64,000 nucleotides of DNA from an uncultured Gammaproteobacteria bacterium (GCA_964640215.1 CAZXEW010000030.1:17920-81919), one strand, 5' to 3'; shown: positions 47,956 through 57,405, counted from the stretch's first letter. The notes: generated from the letters alone by a model not told the origin. A program made the numbers and translations.

Positions 47956-49044
47956 ATGAAAAAACTGAAGCTAAAGGTTCAAAATCAACCAATAAGCTTG
48001 GATTACAATCAGCATTTCAGCAATGTGGTGCTGGTTAACCAGAGTCTGAATTTGGGTGCTCAGAGTAGTTTTCGGGCGCGGGGAAGAGTGTATGTTGACG
48101 TGCCGGAGATTGTGGGGATTACTGGGGCGTGCGAGAATGTCGATACGCTATTTAAGGTTGGGAGCCGGGTCGGTCGAGCGTTGTTTTTTACTCAAACTGG
48201 GCAGTTGGCTTTGGAACAGGCTCTGCAGTCTTTCTCGGCGGTCAATACGGTGATCCATTCGGGTCGGGATGAGGAGCAAGAGGACGGGCGGCACTTGCGG
48301 CAATTTAGGTTGACCGAAGAGGAGTTTGACTCTGAAAGTGTCGGAATGGCGCGAGAGGATTACGATGAAGAGGTAATGTATGAGGCGCTTTTAACGAGTA
48401 TCCAGACTATGGTCCAGGCGATGATTAAGCAAGTACTGGCAGACTGTGGGAGTTTGCTGAAAAAGAGCTACGGACGCGATTTAAAACGGTTGGAGGAGGC
48501 GGCCAAAATAGATTTTTTGAGGATTAGCTATGAAGGGGCGGTTAAGTTGCTTAACGCTAATGGCTATCCGAAGGTGCGGTTTGGGGATGATCTAAAGGCG
48601 GAGCATGAGGCCAAAGTGGTTGAGTTGTTAAATGGTCGAGGCGCAGAGAGGCCGGTATTTATCATGAAGTATCCCAAGCAGATCAAGTTCTTTAATATGA
48701 AAGTGGCGGGTAGTGATGAGCAGGTCTGCTTGTCAGCGGATTTGATTTTTCCATACGCAGGTGAGGGGGTAGGGTCGGCGGTTCGGGAGCATGATTTTGG
48801 GCGGTTGAATGAGCGGTTGGTTGGCTCGACGATGTATGCGCTTCATCTGAAGCGAGGCGGGAAATATGAGGATTTTGGCTGGTATTTAAAGATTATTGAA
48901 AGTGGTGCCACCAATCCGCATGCCGGTTTTGGGATCGGCAACGAGCGGGTGATGCAGTACATTTTTGGCGAGTCGGACATTCGTAACGTTTCGACCTTCT
49001 CTTTGTTAAACTCGCAGACAGGAGATTGGGGAGAGAGGGGTTAA
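47956..49044 (+). CDS. aspartate--ammonia ligase (AsnA)-like / class II aaRS-like catalytic-core protein
   Basis: Strong SD aaggaggtgataaagATG. C-terminal GFGIGNERVMQYIF (class II motif-3-like, compare AsnA GGGIGQSRL). N-terminal QPISLDYNQHFS resembles AsnA QISFVKSHFS. The ORF-track 5' extension (47740) covers the repeat elements and is not coding. Confidence 0.5.
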   Translation: MKKLKLKVQNQPISLDYNQHFSNVVLVNQSLNLGAQSSFRARGRVYVDVPEIVGITGACENVDTLFKVGSRVGRALFFTQTGQLALEQALQSFSAVNTVIHSGRDEEQEDGRHLRQFRLTEEEFDSESVGMAREDYDEEVMYEALLTSIQTMVQAMIKQVLADCGSLLKKSYGRDLKRLEEAAKIDFLRISYEGAVKLLNANGYPKVRFGDDLKAEHEAKVVELLNGRGAERPVFIMKYPKQIKFFNMKVAGSDEQVCLSADLIFPYAGEGVGSAVREHDFGRLNERLVGSTMYALHLKRGGKYEDFGWYLKIIESGATNPHAGFGIGNERVMQYIFGESDIRNVSTFSLLNSQTGDWGERG

Positions 49045-49658
49045 GGGAGCATTGAGAGGATGGATTGGGTGACATCTGGTAAAGAGGTACAGCTGGTGGT
49101 ATTGTCGACAGGACCGGAGAAGTGACCCATTTGGTGTTTGGTGATTAGCTTGGCGCCAAGTTTTTGTTTGAGAATATCGCCGTATTTGAGGGGGACGTAG
49201 GGATCGTCATCAGATTGAATCGCCACAAAGTGGTGGGCTTTGGTTTTTATTTTTCGCCGAGGCGGGAAAGAAACTGCGTCTGTTGAGACGCGTAGTTTCA
49301 CTTTTTCGAAATCGATGGGAGTCTCAAAAAAGTTGGATAATTCAGGAAAACCTAAATCATCGGTAAATCCGGCCACGAAAACGACTCCGCCGATTTTTTG
49401 ATTTGCTCCGAGTGTTTCCAGGAAGCGCATTATTGTGATGCAGCCTGAGCTGTGACCTATTAAAAATAGATTTTGGTCAGGTTGACCGATTGTTTCCTGA
49501 AGTTTTGGTAGCCAAAGAGAGAGTTTGGGCAAGTTCGTTTCCGGCATTTCTGGGATGAGGACTTTAAAGCCCTTTTCTTCAAGCTCTTTTTTAGTCTGCG
49601 GATACCAGCAATAGTCGGGGTAACCATCCCAACAATGGACAATAACTGCCCGTTTCAT
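49041..49658 (-). CDS. alpha/beta serine hydrolase of the YdeN/RBBP9 family
   Basis: MKRAVIVHCWDG start and FLIGHSSGC nucleophile elbow. ~200 aa. Confidence 0.55.
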   Translation of the reverse strand: MKRAVIVHCWDGYPDYCWYPQTKKELEEKGFKVLIPEMPETNLPKLSLWLPKLQETIGQPDQNLFLIGHSSGCITIMRFLETLGANQKIGGVVFVAGFTDDLGFPELSNFFETPIDFEKVKLRVSTDAVSFPPRRKIKTKAHHFVAIQSDDDPYVPLKYGDILKQKLGAKLITKHQMGHFSGPVDNTTSCTSLPDVTQSILSMLP

Positions 49659-49716
49659 GGTGATATTTTAAACCATTTACCGATTGGTGTATACTCTGCA
49701 CAGGAATTAATTTTAC

Positions 49717-50229
49717 ATGGCAGAAAGCTTGTTTGATGAAGTCGAAGATCGGATTGTAACAGCATTCGATATCGACGATAAGCCACACCTATTGCCGTTG
49801 AAGTCGTTTCGATTAAGAGTGTCAGTTTATGGAATTTTGCAGGAGGGAGATAAGGTTTTTGTCCAAAGGCATCCCAATATTGAACAATATAGTTTACCCG
49901 GAGGGGGTATTGGCTTGGGTGAGGGTTTGGAAGTGGCGTTAAAGCGCGAATATCTGGAGGAAACCGGCATAAAAATAAAACCGGTCAGAATCTTTGCAGC
50001 TATAGAAGATTTTATCACCTACGGAATGGAGAATGCTTTTGGGATTTTGGTCATATACTTAGTTGAGAAAGCGGACAATGCAGTGAGGCCAATTGCCTCG
50101 ACAGAGGATTCGGCTGAAGCTAAGTTTGTGCCTATTGAAGAGTTGTTAAACGGAAAGATCCGGCGGGTTTTTAGAAGTATTATTAGGGAATTGACTCTTA
50201 GCAAAAGTAATAAAAAGAATGAAAAATAA
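49717..50229 (+). CDS. NUDIX hydrolase
   Basis: Nudix box LPGGGIGLGEGLEVALKREYLEETGI. Confidence 0.7.
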   Translation: MAESLFDEVEDRIVTAFDIDDKPHLLPLKSFRLRVSVYGILQEGDKVFVQRHPNIEQYSLPGGGIGLGEGLEVALKREYLEETGIKIKPVRIFAAIEDFITYGMENAFGILVIYLVEKADNAVRPIASTEDSAEAKFVPIEELLNGKIRRVFRSIIRELTLSKSNKKNEK

Positions 50230-50887
50230 AGTTGTTTTAATTACCGGTTCGAGCATTGGGATTGGGAGGGAGATGGCGTATGTGTTTGCTAAAGAAGGGG
50301 CGAAAGTGATTGTTACATATTATAAGGATCGGATGGAGGCGGAAAAGGTGGTGAAGAGGTGTCGGGAGTTGGGGGCCAGTGATGTTTTGCTGCTGCACTT
50401 GGATGTGATGGATGATAAAAGTATTGTCGATGCGGTGGAGAGGACTATTGAAAAGTTTGGAAAGATCTCGGTGCTGGTAAATAACGCCGGGGTGTCGCAT
50501 TGGATGAGTTTTGCCGACCAAAGTTTTGAGGACATTGAGGTGGAGGTGCGGACCAATCTGGAGGGTTTGATAAAGATGACTCGCCAGAGCATCGAGCATA
50601 TCGAGGATGCGATCATTAATGTGGCCAGCATTTTGGGTTTTCTGGTGGAAGAAAAAGAGACGGTTTATTGTGCTACCAAGTGGGGGGTGCGGGGGTTTAC
50701 GAAGGCTTTGGCTCTTGAATACCCAGACAAGAAAATTTATGTCGTAAACCCGGCCGGAACAGCTACCCAGATGAATGATTTTCTCGGTACACCCCCCGAA
50801 AAGGTGGCGGAAATAGTTTTAAAACTAGTCAAAGGTGATTATGATTTGGAATCAGGAGCTGATGTGAATGTTTTGGACTATATTTAA
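50219..50887 (+). CDS. short-chain dehydrogenase/reductase (SDR)
   Basis: VVLITGSSIGIGREMA (TGxxxGxG) and NNAG motifs. Confidence 0.75.
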   Translation: MKNKVVLITGSSIGIGREMAYVFAKEGAKVIVTYYKDRMEAEKVVKRCRELGASDVLLLHLDVMDDKSIVDAVERTIEKFGKISVLVNNAGVSHWMSFADQSFEDIEVEVRTNLEGLIKMTRQSIEHIEDAIINVASILGFLVEEKETVYCATKWGVRGFTKALALEYPDKKIYVVNPAGTATQMNDFLGTPPEKVAEIVLKLVKGDYDLESGADVNVLDYI

Positions 50888-51098
50888 AGTTTCGTTGGCC
50901 AAGTTTTTACTTCGATGGAAAGAGTAGTTCGGGAGCATCATCAGTTAAAGCAGCGAATAATCTTGGATGGCAGCACTTGGGGTTAAAACCCGAAGTGGCA
51001 AAGATTCTCCCATTAACTTCTATGAGAGTACCCCCGGATGTTGTATAATAATTCGTCTTAATTTTGCAAGCTATTGTCTAATGTAAAAAAAAGTAAAG

Positions 51099-52538
51099 AT
51101 GTCAATCTCAATTGAAGAAAAAGAACGTGATCGGGTAGAAAGATATGAACCTTTCAGGCGCATTCTTAAAGACGGTGAGACGAGGTTGGGGATACCTCCT
51201 GAAAGATGGTGGCGCTCGAGCGTGATGTTTCTGGAACATACTCAAAAAAAGCTAGGTAGATCACCGGCTGATTATCCGATGCCTATTCAGGAATTCTTCG
51301 GGACGTACGGTACCAAGGTGTTAGAGGTCCTGAAATGTGAAGCTAAAAGTGGTGATACCGACCATGATTTAGCGGCTCGAGCTGTTATGGTGATGCATAA
51401 AATATCAGATGTTTTGATGGCTGATGAGACTATTGACCATGAACAAAGGACAATTAGTCATCTGAGTCTTGAAGAAATTTGCACCAGGTCTGCCCGGTTT
51501 AAATTAGTTGAGACTCATGGGGCAGCAACGAATTGTCGGTTTTTAAGTATCATGTCAGATAAACGAAACAGTTGGCATAATTATCCGTTGCCCAGGACCA
51601 ATAAGGTGCTGCATAAAGGGGGAGTCGGTCGGACCATTTTAAAAATATTGGCCGGAGCCAATCCAAACACCATCGAGTCTGAGTTACCACCGAATGATTT
51701 TGATTATTTAGTTATTAAAGACAGCGAAGGCTTTAGGGATGCCAGAGAGTTAGGTGCTGATCCTGATGGTATTGAAGCTGTTGATGGCTTTGATTTACAA
51801 GAATTAATGAATAACCGCGATCTTGATATTAACAACGCATTTATCGGTCGTGACGGAATTTATTTTGCGACTGATGCCTTTGAAGCAGCCAGAACAGGTA
51901 AGATTGCAATTGTCTCAACTAAGCGGGGAATCTATGGGTCGGAAGTGTTTTATCATGATGGTGACCGAATTTTGAAAAATCGCGGTATTATGCGGCTGTT
52001 GAAAACAGTAGCCGAAAGTAAAGCGTTATCTTTTGATTTTCTACCAGTCAATCGTCAGGTAAATTTGGGAATCTACTGGTTAGTTTTAGCAAAACGGTTT
52101 GAGAGAAAGGATCAATTTCCGGTTATCATGGATCGGTTGTTTGTTTTAGGGTCCCAGATTGGCCAGGTGCCTGAAGGTGCCAGTAGTGTGATTGATGTTC
52201 TTGAAGCGGTACATACCAGGTATCCGTTTTACGATATTGATGGTGCGCCGCTTGATGGGGTTGGTGTTGCCAGGTGGTTGGGCAAAAAATTAATGAGACA
52301 GATTGATAAAAAGTACCGGGATGTCATGGATATTCCATCAATGATGCCATTGATTAGACAGCCTGGTGATACTGTTCCATACGAAGTTAACTTAGACGGT
52401 TATATAGCCGACTCACGCCGCCTGGAAGACATGAAGAAAGAGTGGGTCAATTTTATTGAACGGTGTCGACGCCGGACTGCCGATCATGTTAAAAGTTTAC
52501 AGGGTGAGGAGTACGTAGATGATGATCCGGAGGAGTAA
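51099..52538 (+). CDS. hypothetical protein with possible nucleotidyltransferase-like motif
   Basis: 479-aa ORF. LHKGGVGRTILKILAGANPNTIESELPPNDFDYLVI could be a G[GS]-x(n)-DxD NTase core. Nothing else recognised. Confidence 0.4.
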   Translation: MSISIEEKERDRVERYEPFRRILKDGETRLGIPPERWWRSSVMFLEHTQKKLGRSPADYPMPIQEFFGTYGTKVLEVLKCEAKSGDTDHDLAARAVMVMHKISDVLMADETIDHEQRTISHLSLEEICTRSARFKLVETHGAATNCRFLSIMSDKRNSWHNYPLPRTNKVLHKGGVGRTILKILAGANPNTIESELPPNDFDYLVIKDSEGFRDARELGADPDGIEAVDGFDLQELMNNRDLDINNAFIGRDGIYFATDAFEAARTGKIAIVSTKRGIYGSEVFYHDGDRILKNRGIMRLLKTVAESKALSFDFLPVNRQVNLGIYWLVLAKRFERKDQFPVIMDRLFVLGSQIGQVPEGASSVIDVLEAVHTRYPFYDIDGAPLDGVGVARWLGKKLMRQIDKKYRDVMDIPSMMPLIRQPGDTVPYEVNLDGYIADSRRLEDMKKEWVNFIERCRRRTADHVKSLQGEEYVDDDPEE

Positions 52539-52589
52539 TTAGATCTAACCCGCTTTTCAAAGCGAGATTTAATTTGTATACTCGAAAAG

Positions 52590-53225
52590 GTGCCAAGTGA
52601 AAGTTTAGCTAGTCTTGATCCCGAAACTGCTGATGCGCGTGGTGAAGCGTCGGTTGAGCATATCCGAACGATCTACTCTAATCGGCGGATATTTCCATTT
52701 ATTCAGCAAATCACGACGATAGCCCGATTTAGCGAACTTGATGGTCAAGGTGTAGATATTGTGGCAGATCTTGAATCAAATCATCCGCTGACTCAATCAC
52801 TGGATTCGTCAATTCTATATATTCAGTCAAAATCAATGGATCTTAATGTGATTAATTTCCTAAAGGCACGTCGGGCAAATGGACAACTAGAACAACCCGC
52901 TCGGCAGCCTTTAGTGGCCATTAATGGTCAAAGACCTGAAGTCGATGTTATTGGTGATACTTATACGCAGCTGTTGCTGTATATGGGATTATTGCATAAC
53001 TGTTATGAACTACAATTTCCAAATCTTTGGCAACCTGAAATTGAAGGCTTACTGGATACCTGTGGTGATGAAGCGAAGCAGATTACGCTTGATCAGCTAA
53101 ATCAGGGGATATTTCGGAGAAATAGAGGGGTAAATAGAGAGCTGGCGGCAATTGATCCCTATTTTTTTAGCCGCCGCGACGAAACACTGCAAAGATTGAC
53201 CAGGATTTTACCTACTTACCAATGA
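52590..53225 (+). CDS. hypothetical protein
   Basis: 211-aa ORF. No motifs. Confidence 0.35.
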   Translation: MPSESLASLDPETADARGEASVEHIRTIYSNRRIFPFIQQITTIARFSELDGQGVDIVADLESNHPLTQSLDSSILYIQSKSMDLNVINFLKARRANGQLEQPARQPLVAINGQRPEVDVIGDTYTQLLLYMGLLHNCYELQFPNLWQPEIEGLLDTCGDEAKQITLDQLNQGIFRRNRGVNRELAAIDPYFFSRRDETLQRLTRILPTYQ

Positions 53226-53252
53226 GATTTAGAGAGATGATATGCTTTACTT

Positions 53253-53540
53253 ATGAGTGAGACAAGTGAAGAAGTACCGCAGAATATTATTGATGAGTAT
53301 GGGGATACGATTGACCAAAATCCAAGAAGAAAGTCCTGGATTCGCGATCAGCTTGACGGAGCATTAGCGATGTTCAATTGGGCAGTTGAAAATATTAGAC
53401 GAGGTAACCATTTGCCTGTTAAACCAGGTCAAGTCACTCGAAATTTAGATGATTTAAGAAGCAAGCTTCAGAATGCGGAAGAAATAACAGTTGGAAAAAA
53501 GGGAGAAATACTTCCAAAGCCCCAAAATTCTGTAGAATAA
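53253..53540 (+). CDS. hypothetical small protein
   Basis: 95-aa ORF ending 20 nt before the tRNA-Glu 3' end. Confidence 0.35.
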   Translation: MSETSEEVPQNIIDEYGDTIDQNPRRKSWIRDQLDGALAMFNWAVENIRRGNHLPVKPGQVTRNLDDLRSKLQNAEEITVGKKGEILPKPQNSVE

Positions 53541-53559
53541 CCAGGAATAATCCTGAGCT

Positions 53560-53636
53560 TGGCACCGCTAGCGGGATTCGAACCCGCGATTTGTTGAATG
53601 AGAATCAACTGTCCTAGGCCTCTAGACGATAGCGGC
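53560..53636 (-). tRNA. tRNA-Glu (anticodon CTC), CCA encoded
   Basis: The reverse complement gives GCCGCTATCGTCTAGAGGCCTAGGACAGTTGATTCTCATTCAACAAATCGCGGGTTCGAATCCCGCTAGCGGTGCCA. There is a 7-bp acceptor stem (G1-U72 wobble). The D-arm GTCTAGAGGCCTAGGAC matches E. coli tRNA-Glu. The anticodon stem is GTTGA/TCAAC with loop TTCTCAT, and the T-arm is GCGGGTTCGAATCCCGC. Confidence 0.8.
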
Positions 53637-53638
53637 TC

Positions 53639-53820
53639 GTGTGCGAGCCAGCCGCGTTCGACGCGGCGGCTTATTAAGATGTCAAGGTTGCTACGTCTGC
53701 GAGTATTTCACTAACTATCTAGATCGTTGTCAGATAGTGCTCCATACTCTAATGACGTAGCTGCTCGCGTGCGAGCCAGCCGCGTTTGTGAAAACCACGT
53801 TTGACGTGGACGCGGCGGCG
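53639..53820. repeat. two direct copies of a GC-rich hairpin repeat (TCG(T/C)GTGCGAGCCAGCCGCGTT...ACGCGGCGGC) at 53639-53670 and 53765-53820, with an A/T-rich inverted repeat (CTATCTAGATCG...AGATAG) between them; 5' flank of tRNA-Glu
   Basis: Read directly. A third, reverse-orientation copy lies inside secA at 62272-62318. Confidence 0.55.
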
Positions 53821-53902
53821 TATCAGATTTTTTAAATCCTCATGCCTGTGGATTATACCAAATTGTCATCTCCTATCCAATTTAATCGGGTACAATGTAG
53901 GT

Positions 53903-55234
53903 ATGGGACGAATATTTGCGGGGTTTTGGTGGATGGGATTGTTTGGTTTGGCGGTCTGTTTTGGATTAATTTTTGGGATAAACGATATTTTAAAGCATGT
54001 CCCGCTTTTTCTAGTTTGGTTTGGATTGGCTTTTGTCTGTTGGGGAATGTTGATAATTGGTGTTTTGTATAGGCCGAAACCTGACTTAAAAATTCCCCTG
54101 CTAATAGTTAGTATAATAATAGTTTTGCTTTGGTTGATGCCAACGACTCTGTCGACTGATGTTTATACCTACCTGTGGGACGGGGAAACTCTGGTATCGG
54201 GGTTCAACCCCTATTTGCATAAACCTTCGGATGCGGTATTTGATGTCCGGCACTCGTCTGATTTGTATCAAAAGATATATTGGAAAGGTGAGTACACGGT
54301 TTATCCGCCGCTGGCTGAATTGGTATTTTCGATCGGGCATTATTTTTATCAATGGTTTGGGTTGGTGGGTGCCAAGATTTGGTTGAGTTTGCCAACGATC
54401 GTGTTAGCCGGGTTGTTATTTAAAGTGTTGGATCGTCGGTATTGGCTGGTTTTTGTGACCAATCCGTTACTTTTGTTTGAGTCGTTTAACGGCGGACATA
54501 TTGATGTTTGGATGATGTTGTTTGGTTGGTTGGCATATTGGTCTTACCTGCGAAAACACTACTACATATCGGCCGGCTGGTTGGGGTTGGCAACAGCGGT
54601 CAAAATAATTCCGATTGTATTTTTGCCGATTATTGCGATTGATTTAGTCAAGTCGAAAAGATGGAGGGACGGGGTCGTGTATAGTCTGTTAGTAGGTTTG
54701 ATACTGTTGGTATTTTACCTGCCGTTTATCAGTGTGTCGCTGTTTCCGGTTTTTCGTTACGTGACCTATTCAGATGTCAATGAATTTAATGCCAGTGTTT
54801 ATCGATACCTGCATTTTTTGGGTGGAATTTGGTCGGTGTTAACTCATCAAAATATTAAAATAATCTTGGCGGTCGGATTAATTTTGGGGGTAGTGGTGGT
54901 AGCAATGCGTAAGTTTTCGGTTAATAGTTTGGTTTTGGCAGGAATTATTTTTCTAATTCTGAATTCGGTAGTTTATCCTTGGTACCTGTTGTTTTTGTTG
55001 CCATTGATATTTTGGACAATTGAAAAATCGAGAGCGAATTATTGGTTTATCGAACTTTGGGTGGTGGAACTATTTTTGGCAATGACTTATTTCGACCAGA
55101 TTTCAACTAGCTTAATTTCTTATGAGCAAAAAAAGGAGATAGTTTATAAATTATCGATGATTGGTTATGGGGTGATTTTGCTGGTCGCTTGTGGACTGGT
55201 TTGGTATAACAGAAAAAATATGAGGTTGAAGTAG
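53903..55234 (+). CDS. polytopic integral membrane protein, possibly a GT-C/DUF2029-type glycosyltransferase
   Basis: ~12 TM helices. The start is placed at MGRIFAGFWWMGL (53903), not the ORF-track 53801. Confidence 0.45.
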   Translation: MGRIFAGFWWMGLFGLAVCFGLIFGINDILKHVPLFLVWFGLAFVCWGMLIIGVLYRPKPDLKIPLLIVSIIIVLLWLMPTTLSTDVYTYLWDGETLVSGFNPYLHKPSDAVFDVRHSSDLYQKIYWKGEYTVYPPLAELVFSIGHYFYQWFGLVGAKIWLSLPTIVLAGLLFKVLDRRYWLVFVTNPLLLFESFNGGHIDVWMMLFGWLAYWSYLRKHYYISAGWLGLATAVKIIPIVFLPIIAIDLVKSKRWRDGVVYSLLVGLILLVFYLPFISVSLFPVFRYVTYSDVNEFNASVYRYLHFLGGIWSVLTHQNIKIILAVGLILGVVVVAMRKFSVNSLVLAGIIFLILNSVVYPWYLLFLLPLIFWTIEKSRANYWFIELWVVELFLAMTYFDQISTSLISYEQKKEIVYKLSMIGYGVILLVACGLVWYNRKNMRLK

Positions 55235-55288
55235 GGTTATTTGATGCTGGATCTTTAAAAAAGGCGGTGGGTTAGCTATACTTTAGGC

Positions 55289-56803
55289 ATGGCATTAGAG
55301 GAGGTTAAGAAAGACCGGCTCAAAAAGCTGGCGAATATCAAGAATCTGGGGATTGATCCTTATCCGGCGAAAGCGGAGCGAAAGCAAGCGGTAGCGCAAG
55401 CCTTGGATTTGTTAGGTAAAAAAGTGACCGTGGTGGGACGTATTAGGTCTCTTAGACCGCATGGCAAAATTGCCTTTGCGGATTTGGAGGATGAGTCAGG
55501 GAAGATTCAGTTGCTGTTTACGGAGATGGGTTCCCGCCTACGCGGGAATGACAGCAGAGGGAGTGGGAATGACAAGGGGAGGAGTGGGAATGACAAGAAA
55601 GAATGGAATGGAGGCGGCGGGTTTGATTTTTTGAATAATTTGGATCTCGGGGATTTTTTGGAGGCATCGGGTGAGGTTATAAAAACTCAAGCAGGGCAAA
55701 CGACGGTTCAGGTCGATGATTTTAGGTTGTTGACGAAATCTTTGCGGCCGCTGCCGGTCGAGCATTTCGGGTTGAAGGATACGGAAGAAAGATTGCGTAA
55801 GCGTTATTTAGACCTGATTTTGAATCCGGAAGTTAAAGAAATGTTTCGGCTAAAAACCAAGTTTTGGGCCAGCCTGCGCAGCTTTTTGATCGAAAAAGGC
55901 TTTTTGGAGGTTGAGACGCCGGTGCTGCAGGCGATTCCGGGAGGAGCTGATGCCCGGCCGTTTGTGACTCATCACAACGCCCAGGATATGGACCTATATT
56001 TACGGATTTCTTTGGAGCTGCCGCTGAAACGGTTACTGGTTGGCGGTTTTGAGAAGGTCTTTGAGATCGGCCGGATTTTCCGAAACGAGGGGATTGATGA
56101 CGAGCATTTGCAGGATTATACTCAACTGGAGTTTTATTGGGCGTACGCTGATTACAACCAGCTGATGGATTTTGTTCAGGAGATGTATCAGCGGGTGATA
56201 TCGGAGACTTTTGGGAGATTAACCACCAGTTGGCATGGTCATGAGATAAATTGGGAAGGTGATTGGTCGAGGATGGATTATACCCAATTGCTTGACGAAT
56301 ACTGGAAGGTGAAAACCAGTGAAATGTCGGTCGATGATTTGTATGAATTGGCCAAAAAATTAGGGGTTAATGTTGAACCGAAGCTTGGAAAGTGGCGGTT
56401 GCTGGATTATCTTTATAAAAAAACGATCCGGCCGAAAATTATTCAACCGATGTTTGTGATTAATCATCCGGTCGAGGTTGAACCACTGGCTAAACGACTG
56501 GAATCGGATCTGACCAAGGTCCAAAGGATGCAGGTTTTGGCGACCGGTTCGGAGCTTGGTAAGGGTTTTTCAGAGTTGAATGACCCGATTGATCAAAAAG
56601 AGCGGTTTGTGGAGCAGGAAAAGCTGCGTAAAGGCGGCGATGAGGAGGCCCAGATGATGGATGAAGATTTTGTCGAAGCGCTGGAGTACGGGATGCCGCC
56701 GGCGGCTGGCTTTGGGATTTCGGAGAGACTGTTTTGGAGGTTGGTTGATAAAACCGCCCGGGAATGCGTCTTTTTCCCGACGATGAGGGCTGAGAAAGAA
56801 TGA
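55289..56803 (+). CDS. lysS: lysyl-tRNA synthetase (class II) carrying a ~30-aa in-frame repeat-encoded insertion in the N-terminal OB domain
   Basis: OB-fold anticodon-binding domain, motif 2 FRNEG, motif 3 AGFGISERL. The insertion MGSRLRGNDSRGSGNDKGRSGNDKKEWNGGGG is encoded by the repeat at 55531-55594. Confidence 0.9.
   Translation: MALEEVKKDRLKKLANIKNLGIDPYPAKAERKQAVAQALDLLGKKVTVVGRIRSLRPHGKIAFADLEDESGKIQLLFTEMGSRLRGNDSRGSGNDKGRSGNDKKEWNGGGGFDFLNNLDLGDFLEASGEVIKTQAGQTTVQVDDFRLLTKSLRPLPVEHFGLKDTEERLRKRYLDLILNPEVKEMFRLKTKFWASLRSFLIEKGFLEVETPVLQAIPGGADARPFVTHHNAQDMDLYLRISLELPLKRLLVGGFEKVFEIGRIFRNEGIDDEHLQDYTQLEFYWAYADYNQLMDFVQEMYQRVISETFGRLTTSWHGHEINWEGDWSRMDYTQLLDEYWKVKTSEMSVDDLYELAKKLGVNVEPKLGKWRLLDYLYKKTIRPKIIQPMFVINHPVEVEPLAKRLESDLTKVQRMQVLATGSELGKGFSELNDPIDQKERFVEQEKLRKGGDEEAQMMDEDFVEALEYGMPPAAGFGISERLFWRLVDKTARECVFFPTMRAEKE
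55531..55594. repeat. hairpin repeat element (TTCCCGCCTACGCGGGAATGAC plus two GGGAATGAC units) inserted in-frame in lysS
   Basis: Read directly. Reading frame preserved. Confidence 0.7.
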
Positions 56804-57384
56804 CCAGAGATGAAGCCTATGTTTTGCTTTGTCAGATGATCCAGAGCCCGAATTTGCGTAAACATGGATTGGCGGTGGAGGCGATAATGAGGGCTCTCGC
56901 ACGCGAATTAAGAATGAACAATGAACAATTAGGCAAAGAAGAATTTGATGAGGAGGAGTGGGCGATTGTCGGGCTTTTACATGACGCGGATTATGAGTTA
57001 GTTGCTAAAGATTTGTCGCAGCATACTTTGGTGACTGAGAAAAAGCTTCGAGAATTTGGGGCGTCGGAGCGAATAATTAACGGTGTCAAAGCCCACCATC
57101 CTGATCATGTAGCTGAGCGGAATAATTTGATGGGTAAGGCGGTTTACTGTGCGGATGAGTTGTCCGGGTTGATTACGGCGGTAGCTTTGGTCCAACCTGA
57201 CAAAAAGTTGGCTTCGGTAACCGTTAATTCAGTAATGAGAAAGTTTAAGGTTCCAGCATTTGCAGCGGGCGCGTTAAGGAACCAGATTGAAGACTGTGAA
57301 AAGGAACTCGGGATTCCGCTTGAAGAATTTGTTAAAATAGCGCTTGAAGCAATGCAGCGAATATCAGGGGAGTTGGGATTATAA
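56800..57384 (+). CDS. HD-domain (HDIG-type) phosphohydrolase
   Basis: H..AVEAIMRALA ... GLLHDADYE. Translationally coupled to lysS. Confidence 0.6.
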   Translation: MTRDEAYVLLCQMIQSPNLRKHGLAVEAIMRALARELRMNNEQLGKEEFDEEEWAIVGLLHDADYELVAKDLSQHTLVTEKKLREFGASERIINGVKAHHPDHVAERNNLMGKAVYCADELSGLITAVALVQPDKKLASVTVNSVMRKFKVPAFAAGALRNQIEDCEKELGIPLEEFVKIALEAMQRISGELGL

Positions 57385-57405
57385 TTGAAGGAAGTTCTCC
57401 ACTCC

